DNA of 64,000 nucleotides from an uncultured bacterium (GTDB lineage Bacteria; Babelota; Babeliae; Babelales; Vermiphilaceae): NCBI GenBank assembly GCA_963698045.1, contig OY969115.1, positions 843,467 to 907,466 of the forward strand, read 5' to 3'. Shown piece by piece: positions 53,367 to 62,974 of this stretch (position 1 is its first letter; each line of letters starts with the position of its first letter). The notes under the pieces were generated by a model. It saw only the letters and a program-made list of their open reading frames with translations, ran no database searches and was not told where the DNA came from. The position numbers and the translations under genes were made by a program.

Positions 53367-54446
53367 TTATTTTTGATTTTTTTGCTTAGATATTACTTCT
53401 GCTTTGAATTTTTCCCAATTATTGGTAATTAGCGGACAATCACTAAATACGCCCGGTTGTAATACACTTATCTTATTGCCAGATAAACTAATTATTTCCA
53501 ACTTGGGACAATTACTAAATATTCCCGGTTGTAATGCACTTATCTGATTATAAGATAAATCAACTACGAGCAACTCGGGACACTTACTAAATACTCCCTG
53601 TTGTAATGCACTTATCTGATTCTTATGTAAATCAATCATGATGATTTTTGATCCATGTTTTTCTAAGAAATCATTTAACCCTTCAATATCGGATAAGCCA
53701 ATACCAGAAAGATCAAGAAGGGAACCCTGTGTTATTTTTTGTGTTGCATCATTGTACTTTGACCAATATTTGAATGAAATATTAGTTTTAACCGGTGTCT
53801 TTCCATCTGAACTCACTGGTATTTTTAAATCTTTATTCAAGATCGTTAACCATGATACAACTGCTGATACTATTTCTGGCGATATATCTGGATTTTTTGC
53901 AAAATCTGCTAGATCAAAACTTTGGTCTTCTTTTATCAACAAGGCAAGCGGTTCTGCAATAGCAGATAGGGCTTTTCTTTCTAATCCCCATAACAATCCT
54001 TTTTCCATCAGGTTTATTAATTCTTGTGCATCTTGTAAAGACAATAGCTTTGCATCCAATTCTTCTTGTATTTCCTCACTGTTTAATCCAAGCTTTGCAC
54101 AAATATTATCTTTATTTTGTGCTAATACTGATCCCGTAAATAACGCCAAATCTTTTGAACTAAAGTCTGGCAGTGGAACATAGTTATTTTCTTGCTTTGC
54201 GAGCATATTTTTTGTTTGCTGCCATTGCACAGGAACCAGATCTTTTGCGATCCTGAATTTCTTGAGGTCATTAGTGATAAACCTTAGGCAATTAAGGCAA
54301 CTATCCTGCCGAGCGGTGCTACAGGTTGAGCAATAAATAGTTTCTGCCTGATCTTCTTGCTTTAATGCAGTAACAATGTTTGATTCCATTGCCTGCACCG
54401 CAATGTTAGAAATCGCTAAGGTGATAAAAAATAATATCTTTCTCAT
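53367..54446 (-). CDS. Signal-peptide LRR protein with a Cys4 knuckle (LRR-3)
   Basis: N-terminal ~250 aa nearly identical to LRR-2, with fewer LRR units. Confidence 0.8.
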   Translation of the reverse strand: MRKILFFITLAISNIAVQAMESNIVTALKQEDQAETIYCSTCSTARQDSCLNCLRFITNDLKKFRIAKDLVPVQWQQTKNMLAKQENNYVPLPDFSSKDLALFTGSVLAQNKDNICAKLGLNSEEIQEELDAKLLSLQDAQELINLMEKGLLWGLERKALSAIAEPLALLIKEDQSFDLADFAKNPDISPEIVSAVVSWLTILNKDLKIPVSSDGKTPVKTNISFKYWSKYNDATQKITQGSLLDLSGIGLSDIEGLNDFLEKHGSKIIMIDLHKNQISALQQGVFSKCPELLVVDLSYNQISALQPGIFSNCPKLEIISLSGNKISVLQPGVFSDCPLITNNWEKFKAEVISKQKNQK

Positions 54447-54457
54447 CCATAACTCCA

Positions 54458-55648
54458 TTATTGATTATTATTATTGTTTGTTTGCTGAGACATGACTTCT
54501 ACTTTGAACTTTTCCCAATTATTGGTAATCAATGGACAATTGCTAAATACGCCCGGTTGTAATCCACTTATCCGATTGTAAGATAAATAAACTCTTTGCA
54601 ACAAGGGACAATTACTAAATATTCCCGGTTGCAATGCACTTATCTGATTGCCACTTAAATCAACTGCTTCCAACCGGGGACAATTGCTAAATACTCCTGG
54701 TTGTAATCCACTTATCTGATTGTAATATAAATAAACTGTTTGCAACTGGTGACAATTGCTAAATACTCCTGGTTGTAATCCACTTATCTTATTGCGAGAT
54801 AAGTTAATCGTATCGATTTTCGATCCATGTTTTTCTAAGAAATCAGTTAACCCGTCAATATCAGATAAGCAAAGCTCAGAAAGATCAAGAATATAGCTAT
54901 CCCGGTAATCCGCTTTTTTTATTTTTTTTGTTGCATCATTATGCTCTGCCCAATCTTTAAATGAAATATTGGTTTTAACCAGATGACCCTTGTTATCATT
55001 TGGAATAACAAAAACTTTATTTAGAATTATAAACCAGGAAACTACTGCAGAGATAATAGCAGGGGATATCCCTTCTATTTTAGCAAACTCTACAACATCG
55101 AAATCTGCATCTTGAACCAATAAAACAAAGCGTTCTGCCAACGGTGATATCTCTTTGGGATCTGCAGTCCATTGCAATGTTTTTTCCATAAGATCTGCAA
55201 TTGTTTGCGGATCTTGCAAAGAGAGCAACAATGCATCATAATCCTCTTTGATCTGTTCAATAGAAAGCTGCAATTTATTAAGAAAATCATTCTTATTTTT
55301 TGCCAACATAGAAAGAGTAAATAAAGCAAGATCGTTTGAGTTAAAGTCTTGTAGTATTACATAACCTTCATCTTGTTTTGCAGTCATATTTTGCACCATC
55401 TTCCAATGCTCTGGCACCATAGCGAGTGCAAATCTAAACTTCTTGCCATCATTAGTTTTAAAGCCAATACAATCTGTACAACTATTATTTAATGGCTTGT
55501 TTGCCGCGCTATCTGCCAAACAGATGGGACAATAAATAGCTTCTTTCTGCTGATTTTCTTGCTTTAATGAGGCAACAATGTTTGGTTCCATTGCCTGCAC
55601 CGCAATGTTAGAAATCGCTAAGGTGATAAAAAATAATATCTTTCTCAT
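54458..55648 (-). CDS. Signal-peptide LRR protein with a Cys4 knuckle (LRR-4, mosaic)
   Basis: Signal peptide as in LRR-3. Cys4 and middle module resemble LRR-1 (CPIC-x12-CTDC). LRRs of the LRR-2/3 type. Confidence 0.8.
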   Translation of the reverse strand: MRKILFFITLAISNIAVQAMEPNIVASLKQENQQKEAIYCPICLADSAANKPLNNSCTDCIGFKTNDGKKFRFALAMVPEHWKMVQNMTAKQDEGYVILQDFNSNDLALFTLSMLAKNKNDFLNKLQLSIEQIKEDYDALLLSLQDPQTIADLMEKTLQWTADPKEISPLAERFVLLVQDADFDVVEFAKIEGISPAIISAVVSWFIILNKVFVIPNDNKGHLVKTNISFKDWAEHNDATKKIKKADYRDSYILDLSELCLSDIDGLTDFLEKHGSKIDTINLSRNKISGLQPGVFSNCHQLQTVYLYYNQISGLQPGVFSNCPRLEAVDLSGNQISALQPGIFSNCPLLQRVYLSYNRISGLQPGVFSNCPLITNNWEKFKVEVMSQQTNNNNNQ

Positions 55649-55674
55649 ACATAACTCCATTATAAAATATTAAA

Positions 55675-57561
55675 TTATGATTTTTGATAGGGTTTATACA
55701 AAATAATGGTAGCTTGCAACCTCTTATCCCAAATTTTCACTGCCCATTTATTCTCTTCTTTGACTTCACCTTCATCATTGATAAGTTGTCGTGCTATTGC
55801 AGGGCCTATATTATCGCTTTCTGAATCATTTGGTTTTAATTTCCAAAATTGGTCTGCAATATATTTGTCGAACATGTCAGCAGTACGTAATTCATATCCG
55901 CGGTGATAACAAATATCTCTGTCATTTTTGGTTGCATGCCATACTACGTATTCACGTTTATTATTTTTATAACGAATTTCACCCGCTAATTTATACACAA
56001 TATCAGTGCTACCATACGTTCTATTGATATATTCCTCTTGCTGCCCATATCTAAATAAAAAACTGTCTACAATACGAGTAACCCCATGATAAAGATCTAA
56101 TGGGCTATTAGGCTGAAAATACTGCTCAATGCGTTGTGCATATCTAACCGGATCTACACTTTCCAACACTAACTGTTCATCTTGATCACTAATTTCTTCC
56201 TGTTTTTGAACTTTGTCAGTCCCTATTGCCAGAGACTGTTCAATCGGTTCATCAATTTCTTCCTCAGATAGATCAGCATCACGTATTATTTGCTTATGCT
56301 TAACTTTTTTATTCTGCTTCTTTTGTTGCAGTTTAGCTTTTGGTTTCTTAGCATGCGTATCATTCTTCTTAGCGATCTTTTTTTCTATTTTTTTCTGTGC
56401 AATGGTTGCTATTGTCGTATTAGGTATTTCTGATTTTTTGCATTTACTCAATAACGCAAGTGATTTCGGCAACAGTTTTTTACTGGTATCCAAATCATTA
56501 TACGTTTTGGCATCTTTGGTAACGGGGGAAACAGTGATATTTTCTAATTGCATCAAATAATCATTTTGCTTTTCTGTACTTGCTCCTTTTAATCCGTTAT
56601 GTAATGCATCATAAAGTTCTTGATAGGTTTTATGTATCTGAGCTCTATAGGGCTTAAATGCATCTACTGTTGCAGTAACTTTGCTTACTATCAGACCATC
56701 ATGCATATAACATCTATTTTCCTCACTCCCAGTGTGGAAAATTATATAAGAAGTCTCTAGCGCATTAGCAAATAACTGCTCTATATACGGAATAGCAAAA
56801 AAATCACGCAATAAATCTTTATCAATAAATGACAAATTTTCTTGAATAGTTTGTTTGAGACCTTCAGAGGACCAATCACTAATTTTCTTTCCCTTGAAAC
56901 ATTTTTCAACAAAAAGATCGGGCCATTCATTAAGCATAATTGTGGTAAAAAAATCAGTAGCTGCAATATGTATTGCCATCCCAGCTACCGTCACTACTTC
57001 TTTTTTTTCTCTGCTTTGAGTGAGCAAATCAGAAGCAAAAGAAACAGTAGCATGAAAATATTCTTCTTCCGATGTTCTTGGTATTTGCCTTATCTGAAAT
57101 GCTGCACTTATGCCTTCTGGAGTCCTCACCCATCTAATGATATTTTTTCCATCATTATCACTGGAAAATTCAGCATTCAACGATAAATCTTCTAAGATAC
57201 CAAACCCCGACAACAAAAATAATTTATCTTCTCCAACAATGTTGATAAAACGAGAATTTTGTGACCCATACATCCATCTCAAAATTTTTGGCATTTGATC
57301 AAATGCACATAAGATTCTCTCTAAAAAAAGCAGTAAATTAGCAGCATCGCGTACTTTTGCGCAATCATTCAATTTTAGATATTTAGGGTTTTGAACAAGC
57401 GACTTAAGCTCAAAAGGCTTTAACCAGTCATTATTTACTTTTTGAACTACCGGTTGTTGTTGAGTTGGTTGGCTACTTTCCATGGCCAAAAATAGGTTAT
57501 TTGAACCAAGAAATAGACTTAGGACAGCATAGATATAACGCTTATGAATATACGTTTTCAT
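55675..57561 (-). CDS. Large secreted hypothetical protein with a central Lys-rich linker (~628 aa)
   Basis: ATG at 57561 with GGAGG RBS. Signal peptide MKTYIHKRYIYAVLSLFLGSNNLFLA. KKPKAKLQQKKQNKKVKHK linker. No family recognised. Confidence 0.7.
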   Translation of the reverse strand: MKTYIHKRYIYAVLSLFLGSNNLFLAMESSQPTQQQPVVQKVNNDWLKPFELKSLVQNPKYLKLNDCAKVRDAANLLLFLERILCAFDQMPKILRWMYGSQNSRFINIVGEDKLFLLSGFGILEDLSLNAEFSSDNDGKNIIRWVRTPEGISAAFQIRQIPRTSEEEYFHATVSFASDLLTQSREKKEVVTVAGMAIHIAATDFFTTIMLNEWPDLFVEKCFKGKKISDWSSEGLKQTIQENLSFIDKDLLRDFFAIPYIEQLFANALETSYIIFHTGSEENRCYMHDGLIVSKVTATVDAFKPYRAQIHKTYQELYDALHNGLKGASTEKQNDYLMQLENITVSPVTKDAKTYNDLDTSKKLLPKSLALLSKCKKSEIPNTTIATIAQKKIEKKIAKKNDTHAKKPKAKLQQKKQNKKVKHKQIIRDADLSEEEIDEPIEQSLAIGTDKVQKQEEISDQDEQLVLESVDPVRYAQRIEQYFQPNSPLDLYHGVTRIVDSFLFRYGQQEEYINRTYGSTDIVYKLAGEIRYKNNKREYVVWHATKNDRDICYHRGYELRTADMFDKYIADQFWKLKPNDSESDNIGPAIARQLINDEGEVKEENKWAVKIWDKRLQATIILYKPYQKS

Positions 57562-57604
57562 AGATTTAACCTCCAAAAGTGAAAAACCTTCATTTCCGTT
57601 ATTT

Positions 57605-57632
57605 AGTATACAGATCAGCGCAAAATTGTCAA
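57605..57632 (-). promoter_or_regulatory. Sigma70-like promoter for 55675..57561
   Basis: Minus strand TTGACA - 16 nt - TATACT, ~40 nt upstream of the start codon. Confidence 0.5.
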
Positions 57633-57662
57633 TTGGAAATTATTATAAAGATTTAGGGCAAT

Positions 57663-58073
57663 TTAACCTAGAAAAGCATCTGCCAAAGCAAGCACTCTTT
57701 TAGCATTATTATAGGTTAATTTTTTAGTTGCTTCTGCTAAAGAAAGCCAGGCATAATCAACATGTTCATGGGATAGCCTTACAGAACCGGCATTAGCCCT
57801 ACCCACATAAAAAGTAACCGTTTTATGAATTTTAACTCCATCAAACTCTAACCAATAGGTAATAGTCTCTGTAAAACCATCATGGAATTGTGCCGCAAGC
57901 CCCGTCTCTTCCTTTAATTCCCTTACTGCTGCCTGCATACTGGTTTCCCCCGGTTCCAAATGACCCTTAGGAAAATCCCAATGCCCCTGCACATAATGAA
58001 GCAGTAAATACAACCGCTCCGCTTGTTCATTATTAGTATATACCACCACTCCGGCAGAAAACTGTTCTTCCAT
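57663..58073 (-). CDS. Nudix hydrolase (Ap4A-hydrolase-like)
   Basis: Nudix box GHLEPGETSMQAAVRELKEETGL. Start at MEEQF with AGGAAG RBS. 13 nt after murJ. Confidence 0.85.
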   Translation of the reverse strand: MEEQFSAGVVVYTNNEQAERLYLLLHYVQGHWDFPKGHLEPGETSMQAAVRELKEETGLAAQFHDGFTETITYWLEFDGVKIHKTVTFYVGRANAGSVRLSHEHVDYAWLSLAEATKKLTYNNAKRVLALADAFLG

Positions 58074-58086
58074 GCAACTTCCTAAC

Positions 58087-59649
58087 TTAATCAAAGAAAT
58101 AGAGACGCACCTTAAATATTGACCGCGTAAACCACATAATTAATGCACAGGCGGCAACCAATGGACCAACCCATATCCAATACCCCATGCCATGCAATAC
58201 CGTTTTGGCAAGCCATGCCGGCAATGCAAGATGTTCAATGCCTGTTCTAACTGCGTAATATAGTGCCAAAAAGATAACCCCTACCACTGCCAACTGCAGG
58301 GTAAATCTACGTACAAACTGGTTCCAGTTTTTGGTGTACATAGGGAATTTAAATTTACTACGTAATATAAGAACAAATAGGACCGTTTGCACCACCAAGG
58401 AAACATTGGTCGCAAATGCAAGACCAACAGCTCCCATGCTCCCCATAACAAAAAAATTAAGCACTATGTTAATACCGGTAGCAATCATAGAAATTAACGC
58501 CGGAATAAAGGTAATATGGAGTGCATAGTACACATTAAGCAGTATTTTATTAAGGGACAAAAAGAACAACCCTAAGACACACATTATTAAAATGTGGGAC
58601 GCAGTAGTAACATTGGCGGCAGTGAATTTATCTGAAAGAAAAATAGTTTCAAAAATATCCCGTGAAAAAAAGATCATGAGCAAGGTTGCTGGTATAGTGA
58701 CCCAAAAAATAAGTTTTGCAGATTCTAAGACAAAAAAACTTAACCTGCGCGGAGCGTATACCGCAATACGGGAAAAATGGGGAAGCAAAATCATAGAAAA
58801 ACCAACTGCAAATACGCCTAATGGAATACCCACAAAACGGTTTGCATAATGGATTAAAGAAATAGTACCCGCCGGCAAATAAGAGGCAAAGCTAGTATCT
58901 ATAAAAATGCCAATCTCTACCATGCTCACACTGGGCAAACAAAGTAAGAATTTACCCAAGACACTCCAAAAGGCCTGCAGATTATGCCACGTAACACGGG
59001 AAAATCCAAAATCCAGTTTTACATAATAAACAATGTGTGCCAGTAATTGCAGCACCCCGCCAAACATTATAAGCCAACAGAATAGGGAAACCGACCAATT
59101 AAAATATAAGCAGGCAAGTAAAGAAATTACAAAAATTATATTAAGAATAATGGGAGAAGCGGCGACCATAGTAAAATTACCTACCGACTGCATAGCCCCG
59201 GCAAGTAATGCGCTACTGGATATAAAAAAAATAAAGGGCATAAGAATTTGTAACAACGGAGCAGTTTTCAATACCTGTGCTTCAGAAAATCCCGGGGCAA
59301 TAAATCTAACCACCGGTTCCGTATACAACATAACCAAGGCACACAAGGCAAGCACTAACCCTTCAAAAGTTACAAAGCTTAAGGTCATCATGCGGTTAAT
59401 GCCCTCTTTGCCCTCTTCCCGGACTGTTTTTACTAATGTGGGAACCAATGCAGCAGACAAAGCACCCTCTGCAAATACCTTGCGCAAAGAGTTAGGGATC
59501 TTAAATGCGGTCAAGAATGCGTCTGACAATGCACTTGCACCCAAAAATCTAACCATTAACAGTTCACGAATAATGCCCAAAAAACGGCTTATCATTGTTG
59601 CTGCAGCCATTTGCGCCGTACGCTTAAGAATTAATTTTTTGTGAGACAT
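58087..59649 (-). CDS. murJ: Lipid II flippase MurJ (MviN family)
   Basis: 520 aa, ~14 TM segments. N-terminus TMISRFLGIIRELLMVRFLGAS..SDAFLTAFKIPN..R..FAEGALS.A.VP is typical of MurJ. Confidence 0.88.
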   Translation of the reverse strand: MSHKKLILKRTAQMAAATMISRFLGIIRELLMVRFLGASALSDAFLTAFKIPNSLRKVFAEGALSAALVPTLVKTVREEGKEGINRMMTLSFVTFEGLVLALCALVMLYTEPVVRFIAPGFSEAQVLKTAPLLQILMPFIFFISSSALLAGAMQSVGNFTMVAASPIILNIIFVISLLACLYFNWSVSLFCWLIMFGGVLQLLAHIVYYVKLDFGFSRVTWHNLQAFWSVLGKFLLCLPSVSMVEIGIFIDTSFASYLPAGTISLIHYANRFVGIPLGVFAVGFSMILLPHFSRIAVYAPRRLSFFVLESAKLIFWVTIPATLLMIFFSRDIFETIFLSDKFTAANVTTASHILIMCVLGLFFLSLNKILLNVYYALHITFIPALISMIATGINIVLNFFVMGSMGAVGLAFATNVSLVVQTVLFVLILRSKFKFPMYTKNWNQFVRRFTLQLAVVGVIFLALYYAVRTGIEHLALPAWLAKTVLHGMGYWIWVGPLVAACALIMWFTRSIFKVRLYFFD

Positions 59650-59689
59650 AGGAACTTACAACTCCAGAATTTTTGCATATGCATTGTTA

Positions 59690-60370
59690 TTATTTTTTAA
59701 TCAATTCACCATTGTGCAGTTCATAACGTACTCCCATTGCCTGTGCTACCAACGGGTCATGGGTACTTACAATTAACCCCATAGTACTTTCTGCTAAAAG
59801 CTCAACTAACAGTTCAACTATGGCAGCACCTGTTGCGTCATCTAAACTTCCTGTTGGTTCATCTGCCAACAAAAACGCCGGCTCATTGCACAAGGCACGC
59901 GCCAAAGCAACGCGTTGTTGCTGACCACCAGACAAAGTAGCAGGTTTATCGTCTGCCTTATTGCGCAGGCCAACACGGGACAGCAAATAATCTGACCGCT
60001 CTTGGCACCATATGGCAGACTTACCTGCCACCATTGCGGGCAGCGTAATATTTTCTCTTACTGAAAGTTCTTTAATTAGATAAGGCAATTGGAAAACCAA
60101 TCCAATTTTTTTATTAAAAAAGGCGGTACGTTCATAAACGGTTAACTGTGAAAGATCTTTACCATTGTAGGTAACTGTTCCCAGGGTGGGAGTATCTATA
60201 CCAGCTAACAAATGTATAAACGTAGATTTGCCCGTGCCAGAAACGCCCGTTATGGCGTAGGAACTTCCCTGCTCAAAGGTAACGGTCACTGACCGCAGCA
60301 CTGGGGTGCGTGCCATACCCTGGATATATTCTTTGTTTACATTATGCAATGCCAAAAGATCCCGCGACAT
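59690..60370 (-). CDS. ABC transporter ATP-binding protein (LolD/MacB-type)
   Basis: Walker A GVSGTGKST, signature LSGGQQQRVALARAL, Walker B LLADEPTGSLD. Start ambiguous (60370 with AAGGA RBS, or 60388/60406). Confidence 0.8.
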   Translation of the reverse strand: MSRDLLALHNVNKEYIQGMARTPVLRSVTVTFEQGSSYAITGVSGTGKSTFIHLLAGIDTPTLGTVTYNGKDLSQLTVYERTAFFNKKIGLVFQLPYLIKELSVRENITLPAMVAGKSAIWCQERSDYLLSRVGLRNKADDKPATLSGGQQQRVALARALCNEPAFLLADEPTGSLDDATGAAIVELLVELLAESTMGLIVSTHDPLVAQAMGVRYELHNGELIKK

Positions 60371-60604
60371 TTCGCGTCCTTTTCCCATCTTGTATTCCAT
60401 AATCACTTGCTACTGCTTGTTTTGTCCATTGGTAAACCCCTATGTGAGCATTGTACACCACAATTGCCTTTATCAAAAGAATTGTCAGGTAATTAATCAA
60501 GGAATATTGTATTGAAAATTTCCTATACCCTACACTGAACAGTAGCGGTGGGGCTCTTTCATGACTCACCAACCAACCAAGCTTCAATTAAAAAGGGGGA
60601 GCGG

Positions 60605-62974
60605 ATGAAAACTGTAAAGCATCATAACGGGCAAGATCATGTTCCAGAGATGCTACCAGTAATTCCAACAATGGATGTGGTAGTGTTTCCAAATATGATT
60701 GTGCCGCTGCTTGTTCTTGATGAGAAGATCATCAATGGAATAAATAAATCACTGCAAGAGTCTAAACTGGTATTGCTACTGGCAGCACAACATCACGTTG
60801 ATCATCAAGGAGCTATTGGCACCAATGATCTGTACCAAGTAGGTACCATTGCGACTATTATGCGGTTGATCAATATTCCAGATGGGGGTATTAAAATTTT
60901 GGTACAGGGTTCCTGCAAAGGTATAGCACGTGCTATACATACCGAAAATAATATGCTCCATGCGTCTGTAGAAATATTAAAAACAACGGAATACACACCC
61001 GAAGAATTGGCACCACAAACCCGCAGCATAAAGTCTATTACAGAAAAAATAGTAGCCACCGGCCACACGTTTAGTCCCGACTTCCATTTGGTGCTCTCTA
61101 AAATGCAAGACCCGGACAAAATTACTGATTTGGTTCTGTCGCATATTAATTTAACCGTTGACCAAGCTCAACAGTTACTTGAAATTACAGACCAAAAAGA
61201 GCTGCTAGAAAAGCTTTATTCCTACTTAAACAATGAAGTAGAAGTTGCCGCAATAGAAGAACGCATAAAAAACCACGCACGCGAATCTATGAACCAATCC
61301 CAAAAAGAGTTTTATCTGCGTGAACAACTTAAAGCTATCAAAAAAGAATTGGGAGAAGATGACGCCGAAGAGATAGATCTAATGCGTTCTAAAATAGATA
61401 AATTGGGACTTTCTGATGAAATACGTACAGAAGTAAACCGTCATCTTAACCGGCTAGAACGTACGGCACCAGACTCTCTAGAAGCAACCGTAACCCGCAA
61501 CTATTTGGAATGGATATTTGCGTTGCCCTGGAATGTAGAAACCGTTGATAACTTAGACATTCAGAATGCACACAACATTTTGGATGAAGAACATTTTGGT
61601 CTAAAAGAGATTAAAGAGCGTATTTTAGATTATATTTCTGTGCGTAAACTTAAACAGAATGGGTTTGCACCCATACTCTGTTTTGTAGGCCCTCCAGGGA
61701 CTGGCAAAACCTCTTTAGGACAATCTATTGCCCGCAGTTTGGGTAGAAAATATGCCCGTATTTCTTTGGGTGGCGTAAAAGATGAAGCTGAAATCCGTGG
61801 CCACCGTAGAACCTATGTTGGGGCTATGCCAGGCAGATTTATCCAAGCAATTCGCAAGGCAGAATCTTGCAATCCGGTACTCATTATTGATGAGTTAGAC
61901 AAGATTGGTGCAGACTTCCGTGGTGATCCATCTGCAGCCATGTTAGAAGTATTGGATCCGCAACAAAACGGTACCTTCTACGATAACTACTTGGGTATTC
62001 CATTTGACCTGTCCAAAGTGATGTTTATTGCTACAGCAAACACCATAGACACTATTTCTGGACCATTACGGGATCGTATGGAAGTTATTGAACTTTCTGG
62101 TTATACCATAGAGGAAAAAATACATATTACACACAGGCATTTAATACAAAGAGCAGTAGGGGAAACGGGGTTAGAGGTTGAACATTTGGGGCTATCTGAT
62201 GAGGTTATCCAAGATCTTATTATGAATTACACCAGAGAATCTGGCGTACGCCAACTTGAACGCATTATAAAAAAACTGGGTTCTAAAGTAGCACGTACCT
62301 TAGTAGAAAAAAATGAAAAACTAAGTTTTACCGTAGGCAACATAGAAAACTATTTAGGGCCGCGCAAATTTATGGATGATGAAACTAACCATGAAAGCCA
62401 AATTGGTATTTCTAATGGCCTTGCATGGACTGCATTTGGCGGAGAGATGATCAAAATAGAGGCAGTCCTTATGCCAGGAAGCGGTAAATTACTGCTCACC
62501 GGACAGTTGGGTGACGTTATGAAAGAATCTGCACAAGCCGCCCTTAGTTATGCACGGTCACATGCTAAAGAGTTTGGTATTCATCCGCGCGTATTTGCTA
62601 AAAATGACCTACATATTCACGTTCCTGCGGGTGGCATACCAAAAGACGGGCCTTCTGCAGGCATTACCATGCTTACGGCAATTCTTTCTACCCTAACCAA
62701 CAAGCCAATAGATTCCCATTATGCAATGACAGGAGAACTGAATTTGCGGGGAGAAGTTATGCCTATTGGTGGGGTTAAAGAAAAGATCTTGGCAGCTAAG
62801 CGCAATAAAGTGCCCCATGTTATTTTACCATTCAAAAACAAAAATGATTTAGTTGGAATTGATGAAGTAACACAAGGCATTGATATTGTATGGGTACAGC
62901 ATGCAAATGAAGTACTTTCACGGGTACTTATGACGCCACCAGTATTACCCAAAGACGTTAAGGCGCGTGGTTAA
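60605..62974 (+). CDS. lon: ATP-dependent Lon protease
   Basis: LON N-domain, Walker A GPPGTGKTS, catalytic PKDGPSAGITM. Start at MKTVKHH with AGGGGGA RBS. Confidence 0.93.
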   Translation: MKTVKHHNGQDHVPEMLPVIPTMDVVVFPNMIVPLLVLDEKIINGINKSLQESKLVLLLAAQHHVDHQGAIGTNDLYQVGTIATIMRLINIPDGGIKILVQGSCKGIARAIHTENNMLHASVEILKTTEYTPEELAPQTRSIKSITEKIVATGHTFSPDFHLVLSKMQDPDKITDLVLSHINLTVDQAQQLLEITDQKELLEKLYSYLNNEVEVAAIEERIKNHARESMNQSQKEFYLREQLKAIKKELGEDDAEEIDLMRSKIDKLGLSDEIRTEVNRHLNRLERTAPDSLEATVTRNYLEWIFALPWNVETVDNLDIQNAHNILDEEHFGLKEIKERILDYISVRKLKQNGFAPILCFVGPPGTGKTSLGQSIARSLGRKYARISLGGVKDEAEIRGHRRTYVGAMPGRFIQAIRKAESCNPVLIIDELDKIGADFRGDPSAAMLEVLDPQQNGTFYDNYLGIPFDLSKVMFIATANTIDTISGPLRDRMEVIELSGYTIEEKIHITHRHLIQRAVGETGLEVEHLGLSDEVIQDLIMNYTRESGVRQLERIIKKLGSKVARTLVEKNEKLSFTVGNIENYLGPRKFMDDETNHESQIGISNGLAWTAFGGEMIKIEAVLMPGSGKLLLTGQLGDVMKESAQAALSYARSHAKEFGIHPRVFAKNDLHIHVPAGGIPKDGPSAGITMLTAILSTLTNKPIDSHYAMTGELNLRGEVMPIGGVKEKILAAKRNKVPHVILPFKNKNDLVGIDEVTQGIDIVWVQHANEVLSRVLMTPPVLPKDVKARG

